Below are positions 40,686 through 55,172 of a stretch of DNA of 64,000 nucleotides, piece by piece. Source of the stretch: Octopus bimaculoides (Eukaryota); contig NC_068985.1 in the NCBI RefSeq assembly GCF_001194135.2, positions 54,327,659-54,391,658 on the forward strand, in the 5' to 3' direction. The notes beneath the pieces are model-generated. The model was not told the origin of the DNA, searched no databases, and was given only the letters and a program-made list of their open reading frames with translations. Made by a program: the position numbers and the translations under genes. Each line of letters opens with the position of its first letter. Position 1 is the stretch's first letter.

Positions 40686-41454
40686 AAAATAATGATAAAT
40701 ATGTAAATATAAAAACTTTTAATGAGTTGCATATTAAATATAAAAAGTTTTGTTTGTTATACAGACTGAAAGACATAGCTAAAATATCACTGAATCCAAA
40801 TTTTATAGATGTTAATCTGTAAAACTGAGTAGAGCAGGATAAAAAGTATGTGAAAAATGTGTTCTTTATTAACAGATGTACACAAAAATGTACTTCAGTA
40901 ACTAAATATTTTTGTTTTACTAGTCTATCAGTTTGTAAATCCTAGACACAAATGAAATACTGATATAATTTCTATTTTCCTCTTTATGCTTAATTTTTAA
41001 TTATACAAGTGATACAGCATGGGTGGGGTGCATTTTATCGTGCCACCAACACTAGAAAGATTGTGTAAGGTAGGACTAAACCATCCCCTCTATCCTATGT
41101 CATTTTTTATTCAGAATCACTGCCAAGCATATTATATTTGTATTAGAAATATTTAAAGAATTTAATTCAATAAAATACCTTCCAAATCAAGTAGAAAGGA
41201 GGTCAAAAACAAGAGGCTTTTCTTTATTAGTGAGGGCTACTCTTTTATGTTATTAATTTTCCTTTTGCTCACATGGAAAGGTAAAGCTAAACCTCTGGCT
41301 GCATGGACCCATTCCATCTATAAAAGTAATATCATTACCACTACTGAAATTTCCAAATAACCCTTCTCTGTAGCTCATCACCAACTGCTAGTTGTAACTA
41401 CGTTCCCATCTTTATATTAACTTAATAATATAATAATGATGATGATGATGATGA

Positions 41455-41675
41455 TGATGATAATCCTTTCTACTATAGGCACAAGGCCTGGAATTTGGAG
41501 GAGCGGGATAGTTGATTACATCGACCCAAGTACTTGACTGGTACTTAATTTATCAACTCCAAAAGGATCAAAAGCAAAGTTGACCTCAGAGGAGTTTGAA
41601 CTCAGAACGTAGCAGCAGATGAAACACCACTAAGCGTTTTACCCAGTGTGCTACTGATTCTGCTAGCTCACCACC

Positions 41676-41708
<33 letters not shown>

Positions 41709-41919
41709 GATGATTAAAGATATAGGCAAATGGTTGAAAGAAGATTGGAATAGAATGTCCTGTGGAGCTTCTAAAGAGAGTTTGCCTCTTGGGGATAGGA
41801 AAGATTATTAGAAGAATTTTAAGCACTTGAAAGACTATTGAAAGCTTGTGGATACCTAAGGTAGTAACCTACTACCCACATAAATTCTACCAGGAATAGG
41901 AACAAACCTGAGTCAAATC

Positions 41920-41954
<35 letters not shown>

Positions 41955-42530
41955 TGATTTCAAATTTTGGCACAAGGCTAACAATTTCAGGAGAGGAGTA
42001 AGTCAATTACACTGACTCTAGAGTTCCACTGATCCTTATTTTGATCAACCCTAAAAAGGGTGAAAATCAAAGTTGAACTCAGTGAAATTTGAATTCAAAA
42101 TGTTAAGATGGATGAATGCTGCTAAGCATTTTACTTGGTATGCTAATGATTCTGCCAGCTTGCTGCCTTAACAATAATAAATCTTTCTTATTTTGGTACA
42201 AGGCATGCAATTTGAGGGGAGGGGGCAAGTTGGTTACATTGACCGCAGTGCTCAGTTGGTACTTATTTAATTGACACTGAAAGGATGAGAGGTAAAGGTG
42301 ACCTCAGTGGCAACTGAACTCGACAGAAGAAATGCCACTAAGCATTTTGTCTGATGTGCTAATAATTCTGCCAGCTTCAATAATAATAATAATACATAAG
42401 CATATGAATTGGCAGAGTCATTAAAGTATTAGATAGAATGCTTTGTGGTATTTGTTCTGACTCCATGTGTTCTAAGTTCAAATCCCACCAAAATCAAATT
42501 TGTCTTTCATCCTTTAGGGCACTATAAAAA
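41455..42530. mobile_element. SINE family A cluster (-,[Dong],-,-,+)
   Basis: Copies at about 41455-41680, 41950-42170, 42175-42380 and 42405-42530. Solitary copies also at about 10980, 22360, 27750, 37860, 46000, 48900, 57745 and 62030. Confidence 0.85.
41712..41919 (+). mobile_element. Second Dong/R4-like 3' end within (TAA)n
   Basis: KIGIECPVELLKRVCLLGIGKIIRRILST* (41741-41830). The UTR ends aacaaacctgagtcaaatc(aat)n and (TAA)n also lies upstream. Confidence 0.75.
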
Positions 42531-44736
42531 GATGTAGCAACTCAATGCAATAAGAATGTTGGAGTAAATGCCTTGTGGTGTTTGTTACAGCTCTTTGCAT
42601 TCTAAGTTCAAGTCCTACCATGGCCTGCTTGGGTGATAGACATACTCTGTGACCCAGTTTAACACTGCAACCTGGCATTTTTGTGCCTTTAGCAAAATCC
42701 ACTTTCTTACAAGCATTCGGGCAAGGCTTCAAGTTTGAAGATACCTTCCTCCCTCCTTCTTTCCAGCATCAGAAATCATGGGGGCTGCTTTTCCTCCAGA
42801 CTAAAAGATTAAAAATAACACTATCTCTTTGAATTATTAAACTGTTTCCATTATTAGTCTCTTTAGAAATCAATCTTTTTTAAATGCCATACTAGAAACA
42901 AAGTGAAATTAAGTTTAAAACTTCTCTATAACTTAGGTATAAACTATTTGTTCAAGCACCCTAATATTCTGGGAAATAAAGGGACAAATGTAAATTCAAG
43001 TTAATATTAAAGTTAACTAAGTTTGCATGATGTCTTGAACAATATCTAAAATAGTTTCTCTTAAAACTTCAGACATATACACACCAATACATAATCTCAA
43101 CAAATCAAATATGATAGATTCAGGATTTTTTGTTTTGCTTTGATTTTTTTTTTGTTCTTTTTTTTGTGGTTAGTTAGGAGGGAAAGTCATGTCCATGACC
43201 CTTTTCAGGGTTTCAGTGGAAGGAGAGAGAGAGAGGGAGGGAGAAAAGCAGTCTCATACCAGAGACTTCGCCTAGGCGCTTACAACAAAGTGGAGTCTTG
43301 CTAAAAACAGTGAAGGTGCCATATCAAGGTGTTAAACCAGGTGACAAGTTTAATCTACCACAAACCCAGACAATCTTAAATAAAATATAAAAAAAAAGAA
43401 AAACAAGTAAATGAGCATCACCATACAAGCAATGTCGTTCATTTCCAATCCTCTGTTGAAAGCCTACTGGACCATGGGGAAGTATTACTTTGCTTGGAAA
43501 CAAGTGAGGTTTGATGATAGAGAGAGCATCTAGCTATAGAAAATTTGTCCTCAACAAATTCTGTCAGACTCATACAAGCATAAAGAAGTTGTTGAAATGT
43601 CAATGATGGGGATGATTTTATTGACTTTACAGTGTGATGAAGAAACATACCTGATCAAGACTGATTTCAAGTTATTCAATAAACACTAAACAATTTCACA
43701 CAATCTCTGGAAAATGTCATGTTTTGCTAAGGAGGTCTTACGTGACCAAAACACTACATTTACCCAAGACCAATTTAAATGAACATTAATCCACAAGTTA
43801 TTGTTTCCCTTCCACTGCATGCATGTTAGTTCAATTTTAATTAAAATTTCAGAGTTGTCACACCTTTGCCTTAATTAGATTCCATTAACATTTGGTCACT
43901 GAATTTTATGTTTCACAGCAAAGTCAGTTTTAATTAAGTGATGTTTTCTGGCACACTTCATTGAGTATATGATTATTTAATTATTATTTCCAGGGAATGA
44001 CATCCCTACATAATTTCTACACATAATCTAGTCTGGTGTTCTGCTACTGAGCTAATAATAGTCGTTTTAACATTATGTTTGCATAACTTTTCAGTTCTGA
44101 CCATCCTAAGTTGTACATGTTAAAGGAATTGGAAAAGGAAACACAAATAAACATAAGTTTGAGTGAGCACGAGATGGTATGTTAGCCAGTTCAACAAAAC
44201 CCAAAAGCCCCATTGGTAACAATCTATCCCTGAGGTGTGTCATCTCTAATTAAGATAAAGAGTTTATAATTTGTAATTCCACATTATAATTGAGGCAATG
44301 ACCAAAGCTAACAAGAACATATGTACATTATATATATATATATATATATATATATAAGCTACTGAAATCTTTCTACATTGTCATTTGACCTACTAGAAGT
44401 AGCACCCAAAGTTCCACCAATCACACCCTACCATCTTCAAAAAGGAAAGACATCTAGTACAATATACAAAAAGACAGGATGGTCATGGTTCTATTGAATC
44501 AAAGAAGAACTGGGGCTAAAAAAAACAAGCATGTATATTAGTAAATAGTGTTACTGTAAAGTACCTACTAACAAAAAGAAAGTATTTAAGTTCTTAAGTA
44601 GCAGAAAATGCTATCATAGAAGCTGTTGAAGAAGTACAAAAAGGTCCTCTAAGAGATTTTTTTAAAGATTGTTCTTCATTTATCTTTTATTTGTGTTTCA
44701 ATTTAGTAAAAAATGACATGACAACTGTATGTTAAG

Positions 44737-44801
<65 letters not shown>

Positions 44802-44906
44802 GTGAAGCTTTACAATAACGTCGTAATTGTATCGACTGCTATTTTCCAGTAAATATTGATGCCTTATTGTACTACTCATCTGGAGAGAGAGAGAGAGAGA
44901 GGGAGA

Positions 44907-44948
<42 letters not shown>

Positions 44949-46684
44949 CGTTCCTGCTTTCTCAGTTGTAATGACTAAACTTTGACAGAGCGTGATAGTG
45001 TAACAGGAGAACATTAATATATGAGAATACAACACACGATGTAAACTGACTTCATTAATTAGTCAATCCTTCAGAAGTAAAGTTATACAGTTTGATTCTC
45101 CAACATTTCAGGTTAATGTAACTATTATGACATAACAGTTGATAGGCTGGATTCAGATTTTGGGTGTTTAACTCATATTCTACAAAAAGGCTTTCATCGT
45201 CATTGTTAAAAGTTCACTTTTCCATGTTTGCACATGTCAGACAAAATTCATTGCCTTCATTGTCAGCAGCCCTCACCTATTTCCAAGCAAAGTAATTTTT
45301 TGCCATGGCCAGATAACTGGAAACAAAACAAGATCACTTGTATGATGGTGATGTTCATTTATAATCATTACATATCATGGCAAAAGTATACACACGCACA
45401 CACGCTTGTGATGGGCTGCTTTCAGTTTATGTCTACCAAATTGAGGCTATAGTAGAAAACAGTCGAAGTGCCATGCAATAGGACTAAACCTCAAATCACA
45501 TGGTTGCAAAGCAAGCTTCTTAATCAAGCAGCTATGCCTGTGCATGGAATACAATTTTCAGTAGAAAAAGGGAATATTCTGGTTTCTCAAAAGTTATCAT
45601 TGCTACACAAGACACAAGCAAATTTATTAAATGAGCATGGAAACTAAATAAAATTGCAGGAAGTTTTCTGTTGAGAACATGTTGCTCAGCTTCAGATCAG
45701 CTAGATCAAACAAACCTATGTTCAAATGTATTTTACCATGATCCCAAATATTTTCTTTTTTGTTTTCTTCAGACAGTCTATCTTGGACTACATAATTCAA
45801 AATATGTTATTCTTCTAAAGACACAAAAATGTTATTTGAATGAAAATTGACTGCTATTTCTAACAGATCAAGCAAGTATAAAAAGTCTCTGAACCCAATG
45901 TCTGTGATAAGAAGTTGTATTTCTTTGAGTCACAGAGTAGTAAAAAAAAAAAAAAGACGTGATATTCTTTAAATAGTTAATCATTCCACAGACAGACAAG
46001 CAGCCAAAATGTAGTATAGTCAATCATATCAACCCCAGTACTTAGCACGTACTTTATTTTCCCAAACTCAGAAGGATGAAAAGCAAAGCTGACCTCAGCA
46101 GGGTTTGAACTCAGAACATAAAGAGCCAGAATAAACATCGAAAGGCATTTTAGTATTTCAAATAGAACCTGAGTCAACAAACCAAGTATTCTATCACAGC
46201 CATTCTTTCTAACTTATTTTCTTGTCTCTTATTCAAGCAAAACAAAATTTTATTTATTTATTTGTGTATCATTACAAGAGTTATATTCCAGATTTTTCAG
46301 TTATTTTATTCTTGATTTTTTTCATTGCACAGCAAGTCCCAAGTTATATAAGGTTCTAGGTATGAACAAATACAAAGAAAAATAAAAACAAAAAAAAAAA
46401 CAAGAGAGATGCTAACTTAAACAGCTGCCAATCCAAGAGCTAAAGAAATAAATGTGTGAGCAGATTATTCCATCCATATAATGCTTATGATGCAAGAGGA
46501 AGCAACATATTAGCACCAGGTTATTTATCACACATGGTAAAAAAGAAAAAGGGAAAAAAATCTTTTTTTCATTACATACTTCTACAGAACCAGGGAAAGT
46601 AAGGAATTTCAAACATGTCTCAAAGACATGTTGTAAATATTTCACTAAAGTAGATCACACCAGAAAAAGCAAAAAAAATAAATA

Positions 46685-46724
<40 letters not shown>

Positions 46725-48029
46725 TTTTTAAAAAATAAAAATAAAAGATTAAAAAAAAAAGACAGACATATATACACACGACTGTAAGAATCTTTAGCTT
46801 TTTAACTTCTGAGATAGGAACAGCAATATTATGCTGGGAAGGTGATTAGAATCAATGTAGTAAATATGAATGCACACAAAACAAATATAATATAATGGAA
46901 ATTTTTGAAATATCTTATACATAAGATATTTCTTTGGAATATAGAGAAATTATTTCAGAGTTCCTGTAGAAAGTCATTATTATCAATCATTTTAACGAAC
47001 ACTTTTCCATGCTCATATGGGGCAAATGGAATTTCTTGAGGCAGATTTTCAAAGACTGAATGTTCTTCCTGTAGCCAATCTCATGTTTCCAATTGGTTAC
47101 AAAGAAAAAAATTCTTAACTATTGCCATGCCTATAGAATTAAAATAACTGAAGAAGTTTCATTTTCCTTTTGCACAATTTCAGACTTGTTGAGGCATTCC
47201 GAATCACATGGTTTCAAGTTCAGTCCCACCATGTGACACCTTGGGCAGATACCTTCTACTATGGTCCCAGGTTAATCAATGCTTTGTGAATGAATTTGAT
47301 AGATGGAAACTATGTGGAAGCCTGCCGCGCATGCGCGCGCGTGCGTGTGTGTTGCTGTTAACTTACTTTGATTTCATATTGCCATGCATGTAGTGTCATG
47401 CATTTCCAAACTTCAGTGAAAGAACACATCTGGCTATGGGGAAATATCATCTTAGTAGGAAACAGGTAATGGTTGGTGATAAGAAAGGCATCCAGTTATA
47501 GAAAAATCCACCCCAACAAATTCTGTCTGATCATTGCGAGCCAGGAAAAGTGGACACTAAAATGATGATAGTGATAACTTCCTAAACAAATTCTCCATAA
47601 TTAGTTATTCTTCAATAAATTTTGACAAAATTGTGTATACATGTGTCTGTATGTTTGCGTGCATACTAAGTAGAAATATAATTAAAAACAAAAGCTGTTT
47701 TTCCAGAAGCCAGATTTTACCATCTTTAGCCTACTTTAAACCTCGTCAGATAAACACTAAGAATGTCTCATATCAATAAGCTAAAAATAAAATTTGTTAT
47801 TCATCAATTGAGGTTTGAATGTCAACAGTGACTAATGTGTTGCTTTCCTTTATTTATTTATTTATCATACAGGTGCAGGCAATGCAGTGTGATTACTTTA
47901 AAAATATGTGGTTTCAGATACCACAATATGGTGCCTTAAGCAATTATCTTCTACTATTGCCCCAAGATGACCAATGACTTATGAATGGAAACTGTCCTAA
48001 GCCCATCACACGTGCACACACACACACAC

Positions 48030-48300
48030 GGCTGTTGCCAGTGCCACCTGACTAGCTGTCATGCCGGTGGCATGTAAAATGCATCATTCAAGCATGGTCA
48101 ATGTCAGGACTGCCTGGCTGGCACATAAAAAGCAGCCACTACACTTTCAGAGTGGTTGGCATTAGGAAGGGCATCCAGCTGTAGAAACCTTGCCTGATCA
48201 GATTGGAGCCTGGTACAGCCATCTGGCTTGCCAGTCCTTAGTCAAACCGTCCAGCCCCTGCCAGCATGGAAAGCGGACATTAAATGACGATGATGATACA
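48030..48300 (+). mobile_element. RTE 3' UTR fragment with (GAT)n tail
   Basis: gagtggttggcattaggaagggcatccagctgtagaaac...gcatggaaagcggacattaaatgacgatgatga. Similar pieces at about 20180-20370, 31170-31320(-), 34440-34740 and 49500-49650(-). Confidence 0.7.
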
Positions 48301-49370
48301 TGTGTGTGTGAATTTCTGTTTATTGCCTCGCCACTTGACAAGCCATATTGCTTTGATTACATCCGAGTAACTTAACAGTTTGGCAAAAGAAACTGACAGA
48401 ATAAGTACCAGACTAAAAACAAAAAAAGTACAGGGGTCTATTTGATTGATTAAATCATTTACGGTGGTACTACAGCATGGCCCTTGTCAAGTGACTAAAA
48501 CAAATAAAAAAATAAAGGAATCTAATGCTCTTACAATTAAGTAATATAACAACAGATCTCTCGTAGCATGAACAATATCAATTTGTGAATTGTTTTCGTT
48601 GCTGTTAACCCTGGGCCAGCCCTGATTCAATAGATTTATGATCAAACGTATCTCAGCTGTGAGCAAGTGAGTGAGTTGTTTTTTTTTGTTTATTTTATAT
48701 ATATTTAGACAGAACATCTACGATTACACTATTTAATCATATATTTCCTTTCTTATTGTAAAGTATCGTTTGAACAGATTTGAAGTTAAATGATACCAAA
48801 AAGATTCTCAGTTGTCTCATTTAATACTGGCAGAATCCAAAAGCGGAAACATATCAAAACTTGTGCATTAAACAAGTCTTTTGAAAATTTGTATATAGTA
48901 AGGGTTTCAAATTTTGGCACAAGGCCAGCAATTTCAGGGGTGGCAGGGTAAGTCAATTACATCAACTCCTGTGCTCAAGTAGTACATATTTCATTGACCC
49001 TAGAAGGATGCAAGACAAAGTTGAAATATACATAATAATTAGTTGTCATTCATTAAAGTAATCAATTGCCCAAGCATGAAATTCAAGTAACAGTAAAATG
49101 CTCAGTTTAAACAAGTAGAAAAAATATGATAAAAAGGAAAAAAATCTCTTTGTTTCTTCTCCCCACCACTTTCATTGTATTTCCTACCCACCACTACATG
49201 CTATGACAGGAAGCCAACATACAGATGTACAAATCCCATCATTTTTCAGGCATAAATTGCCTAAAAACCCTATACACCCACAGGTGGAACTCAGAGTAGT
49301 AAAAGTAGTATAAACATGAAAATATAGATGTGTGTATATGTAAATCTATTTATCTATCTGTCCCTCTCCT

Positions 49371-49448
<78 letters not shown>

Positions 49449-50464
49449 NNNNNNNNNNNNNNNNNNNNNNNNNNNNNNNNNNNNNNNNNNNNNNNTATAA
49501 TAGGCCTGAAGACTGCATCATACTCCTGTCTGCTTTGGCATGGTTTCTATGGCTGGGTACCCTTCCTAATACCAACACCTTTATCACATGTACTGGGTGC
49601 TTTTATTCATGGCACTAGTGAGGTCCCCATAAATCTTGCAAGACTAAGATCCTAGGTTCAGTCTGATGACTGAAGCAAATAAAAGATAAAAATATCTACT
49701 TGCATATGCACACACACACACACACACGCCTGCAATCTTTAACATTCTGCATACAAGTATCCACACAACCTAGACATACACCGAGTCGATGTAAACATCA
49801 AACTCTTCCTAAAGAGACACATAAAAAGCTCCTCCCACACACACACACACACACTTACTATGTACTTCAAAGAAACAATCTTGCACGTCACCTCTATTCA
49901 CCAACAACACACAAGTAACACCCTCAAAATCAATACAAATGCTGAACCTTAAAATATTTGATTTTCGTTCAAGATGACCTCATGTATATAGCATAACCAA
50001 GATTACATCCAAGCAATCAAGCTTCCACTTTAAGGCCATCTTGGGCCATTTATTAGTTGCTGACTAACTACAAAGTGCAAAGCAAGGTCTTCAGAGTACT
50101 GCTCACATATGTAGGACACTGTTATGCTGTTACACACAAATATGTTACACCACAGCCAAAGCAGCAACGTCAAACTGATTGACAAATATTCAGTTACAAA
50201 CATGCAACAAAATCAAGCTCACAAATGAACTGTTTCCACTCTCTGGCTGTTCTATCAATTCAACAGCACTATGTGGTTTTTCTCACTACCTTATACAGTT
50301 AAGTGTATAATCTAATAGAAGTGATAAGTGAGAAAGTCATATCTTTCATCCAAGATAAAGTAACTGAAATGAACTAGGAAATGAAATTGGGTCAGAGAAT
50401 AGCATACACTGGACAGTAATACAAGAGTACATGCAGGGGCATATTACCAGTATATATACAGTGA

Positions 50465-50509
<45 letters not shown>

Positions 50510-50519
50510 NNNNNNNNNN

Positions 50520-50558
<39 letters not shown>

Positions 50559-50760
50559 TCAATTACCATCTACACTTCAATGCTTCCATGAAGCAGACAG
50601 TGGTTGTTGAGGCAGATTTTCTACAGCCAGATGACTTCATTGCCAACTTGCACTTGTTTCCAAAAACAAAGTAATATTTCCCAGAATGTTTTTCAGTGAG
50701 GACTGGAGATGACACTCATTTACAACCACCACATAATGTTAAGACAAGGGTTCAACCTCA

Positions 50761-51300
50761 GACTGAGAGATGCAAGTGGACCTAAGGGGCAGGCTTGGCT
50801 TGTCTTCCCAGGACATAGTGGTAACATCACTCCAACCAGAAATGTTCCTGCTCTCCAGTAATACAAAAACAATCCTCATGATTGAACTCACAGTGTCCTA
50901 GGACAGACTCGATATTTCCCACCATGTAAAGAAGTCAAAATATCAGTACTTTGTCAATGAGGCCCGAGTCAGGAGCTGGCATGCAGTCTCATTCTTCAAA
51001 TCCTCATTCCTCAGCTGATACAATTCTCTATCAAGATCAGTGAGCTATATTCCTGCAGATGATAGGTTTGGAAACCAGACAACTAAAGAAAGTCATCAAG
51101 GAAATAGGCACAGCAGCTGAAACTAGCTCAAGATAGCTATGGTTGATAAGAGACCACAAGTTGAACCCTTCCATAGAGGAAGACTAGCTCAATCTGCACT
51201 GCTCCATTCAGGTGAAGCACACAGGCTAGGAGCAAAACACTTGTGACCCTGAGATACCTGCTGATGATATGGAAAGGTTTTCAGCATTGCAATGGATTTA
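50761..51300 (+). mobile_element. HERO/NeSL-like RLE non-LTR retrotransposon 3' fragment
   Basis: D*EMQVDLRGRL...DIVVTSLQPEMFLLSSNTKTILMIELTVS* then DRLDISHHVKKSKYQYFVNEARVRSWHA and LKKVIKEIGTAAETSSR*LWL. Matches the 'LRPD...IELTVPWE...K..KY' restriction-like endonuclease domain. Confidence 0.8.
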
Positions 51301-51836
51301 GAAGAGCATGCAAAACCCCTGAGTAGCTCTTGCAGTTTCGACGTGGAGCTGAGCTTCTCTGATGTTTACTTCACCTTCCATGCACATAAAATATATAGTT
51401 GTGTGTGTGTGCACCTGTGTTTCTTTTCTAACCAAATGTTTTCAGGTTCAGTCCTACTGTGTGGCACATTAGCCAAGTGTCTTCTACTATAATTCCAGCC
51501 TGACCAAAGTTTTCTGAGTGGATATGGAAACTAAAAGAAGCGTGTCTATGTGTGTGTGTGTTTTACTGTCTTCTTGCCTTAACACTGTGACAATTGTACA
51601 CAAATGTTTCCATCATGCAAGTGGTGGTATCTTTTGTTTCCAATCTTCTATGAAATCATGTCTGGTCATGGGGTAATATTACCTCACTTGGAAACAAGGG
51701 TTGGTGACAGGAAAGGCATTTGGTCATCATAACTCAACATATTCCATCCAGCACATGTGAGCATGCATAGAAAAGTGAACATTAAAACAATATATGTAAT
51801 CTATCTATTGATATACATACACCTTTATGTATGTAT

Positions 51837-51870
<34 letters not shown>

Positions 51871-52850
51871 ATTCAAACATACAAATCTGATGAAAACTGA
51901 ATGTGCATGAGGCATAAACAGGGAAACTAAAACTTTTTAGTGTAAACGAATGTAAAAGTATCAGTTTCCTTGTATTATTACAGGAATCTATTTTCTGTTC
52001 ATGTTACAGTATACTTTCAGTAATTTACCTATTTAGACCTATTTTAACTGAAGTTATGCGTATGCATGATGTGAGAGCTCATCTAATAAAGAAGTAACGA
52101 TGGGAAATGAAATGCACAACAATAGGGTAAAATAATTTCATATGAATCAATATCCACAAAGGCTTCTTTGCTAGTCAAGTTCTTTTCCTTCTACTATCAT
52201 CCAAAACCAAGAAAAATTACACTAGAAATAGATACATATATTCCCATATACATATACATTTCTATATACATATATACACACATATAAACATATACATATA
52301 TATATATACACACACACTATTGTTTTTGTACTTGGCTGAAAAAAATGACTCTAAACAATGTATGTAAAGAATGTAGGTCAGAGACTTGAATGTTGAACCA
52401 AGCACAAGTCTATATTTAAATTCCAGGCATCACCAAATTATAGCATACACAAACTCCTCAATGAAATGCTGAAATTTTAAATTTACATTGAAAACTACAC
52501 TTAAAAGGAACATATAATTTCATTATGTGGAAATGAGTTATTTAAAAAAATTGATTATTTAGAATTTTTTTTTTTTTTTGTTAGTTCTCATTCTAGATCA
52601 CAATATCTTGGAAGTATTTTCACTATCGCCCTTTTTCTTTTACTAACACTTTATCAGTTTCCCTACACTCTGGCTACAATTCCGCAAAATTAAATTCATA
52701 AACAAGTCAGGTATATGTATGTACTTAATGCTACAGGTACAGAGGTCATTTATTGCATGAATGGAAATACCAACAAATTTTGGCAATGTCTTTGAAATTA
52801 TGCTTTAGCTTATTGTTTACGATTGACAAACATAGGTGGTGTGTACATGA

Positions 52851-52883
<33 letters not shown>

Positions 52884-54717
52884 CGTGTGTGTAGTGTTGT
52901 TTTTTTCACTTATTCACATTACAAAATCTGTTATGTTATGGCTGATGTAATTTTCATTGCAATTGTATACAATAAGCAGTTTATTTTAATATTACATTTA
53001 TCAATTTATTTTTTTTTTTTTGAAGTTGATATTTAAACATAAGACAAAGATTAAAAACAATACAAATGATCTATTGCCCCTTAATTCCTAGTCCCCATAT
53101 AAAAATCTTCCATCCCCAAAGGGCAGTGTCATCCACTTTGAGAAGCAGTGTTCTTGATACTCATTTGCGTAGTAAAAGTAATTTGCATCAATGTTTTGGT
53201 AACATGCTTTGCCCCAAGGTACAATTCAATGTTTGTAACAGAGTTTAAAAGAGCTACTTCATAACATAAAACAGTTTTTATCCTGTCAAAAATGTATTAT
53301 CTATTCCAGCAATGTACCTTTAAAAAAAGAATTCAGCTATTCTATCTCATAAATGCAAGTTTCTCGTCCACGAAACTGTTAGCAAGTTCAAATCACACCT
53401 AAACTATTTTAGACTTTCATCCCAAGAGGATCAATAGAGTACAAGCCTAGAGAGAAATTAGACCAATCTCTCTATAAGTATTTGTATAATTCAAAGATTA
53501 ACAACCTACTCAGAAGAAATTGTCCAATGGACACAGTAATAAGCTCTAGTGCTACCAATTGGCCAGACTTAAATAAACTTAATATAAGTATACAAATTTC
53601 CAAAAATTATTGTCTTTTATATGTCACTATAAATATATGTCAATCAAAAAATAAGATGAAGTCTTGAAGTTGAAACCCAACAAATTATTTATCAGTGCAG
53701 TGGGTTGTAATTTAGTCTTAGATCCCTATCACACCTGAAAATAAATGTCTGAAATAGCATGGCCTGCTCTTAAGGTTTACAACAAGCCTGATTACTTTCA
53801 CCATTTTATGTAATGACAATGGTATAAATAGATGTCCTACTCTCCTTCAGCAGGACAAAGACAATCTCCACATTCATCAAAGAAATAGTCTTGAACCATA
53901 AGCTTTATCCACACACACATACACAAACATGCAAAGCAAAAAAAAAACACCTCAAAATGAGGGAAAATAATAAGTTTTATTATTTGGTATTTTGTGATGA
54001 CCCCACTACATTGTATTGCAAAGAGTAGAATTCTTCTTGAATCCTCATCAGGTGTTGACCATCAGCAAAGTTCAATTAAGACCTACACTGAACACTTAAT
54101 CCTCTAAAATGTCTCCCCTGGCAACATTGCTTTTTCCTCACAGCTCTCAACCTACAGAAGTTTAAACTGATCATCATAGCATCAGCCTCACCTGCCTAAA
54201 AGCACCTACAAAACTTCTGAGCCTCTGAGATATCATCATCATTTTACATTTGATTTTGTATATTGGCAAGAGTTGGAGAGGTTTTCTGAAGCAGAATTTC
54301 ACTAGATTCCCTTCCAGCCTCTGATCCTTTTAGCTGCCTTTTACAACTTACAGGTACACAGTGTACCTATCCTAAGATTGGAATATAGTAGTTAATAAAA
54401 ATTATAATGTTTGTAGCAAAATGGGAATTAATTTTCTGGCAATAAGTATTCAAGTACATTAATCATATAGATGTCTTTAATTATAGCAGTTTTGTTATAT
54501 GCATATATACTTATTACATATAAACACACACATGCTCACAGATATTAACGTAATAACTGGACAAAAGTAATCAATATTTCACACACACACCTGTCTAATA
54601 GGTATTTACAAAAGTCAGAGATAAAATTATGTCATTACGATATTCAAGTATTTTTCTTAAATGTAATGCTTTATAATAGAGGTGATAATAAGCAAAAGAA
54701 ATTCTAGCTATTATCAA

Positions 54718-54928
54718 CTTGACCCTTTTAATACTGATGCATCTTAGATCAGACTACCCCTTGTTCTATGATACAAACATCCTATTTCACAGTGATCTAA
54801 ATTAAAGCCTTCCATCAAAATTCCATTATTTTATGTTCAGCTTAATAAAAACAGTTATTTTACTAAATTCCTCTTTCTTTTCGATATTAATTGAAACAAT
54901 GACAAGTGTAGTTCAACAAAAGGGTTAA
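54718..54928 (+). mobile_element. Second TTAA-type MITE family
   Basis: ttgaccctttaatac...caaaagggttaa. Related copies at about 9835-10057(-) and 59700-60042 (inverted pair). Confidence 0.6.
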
Positions 54929-55172
54929 ATATAGTTTATTACTGCTCAAATAGTTATTTCATTTCTGAAGTTATATTTTATAACATCTGCACAACTTTAT
55001 TTCCAGGTCTCTTCCATATCGTATCTCACGTCTTTCAAAAACAAGAGCAAAAAAAATTTCTGCCCAGTTTATTCTACTATCCAATCAAGATCATAAGTGT
55101 ATGTCTGTATACTTCATAACCAGTACATTACTATATTAAAGTAATCACTAGCTGTATTTCAACAAATTCCTT

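Larger units (their letters stand above)
19423..50519. other. Seven assembly gaps: 19423-19630, 20470-20738, 28956-29827, 30485-30753, 33254-33778, 49449-49495, 50510-50519
   Basis: N-runs, most abutting microsatellites or SINEs; they produce the X-filled ORFs in the track. Confidence 0.99.

Noticed and set aside
53690-53735. Minus-strand RDLRLNYNPLH* (LRR C-cap-like), plus LEYLSLAN/LKYLSLPN at about 60385 and 56150
   Set aside because: Isolated, on the strand opposite the main LRR signal and followed by stops. Kept as a measure of the chance background for the LRR finding.
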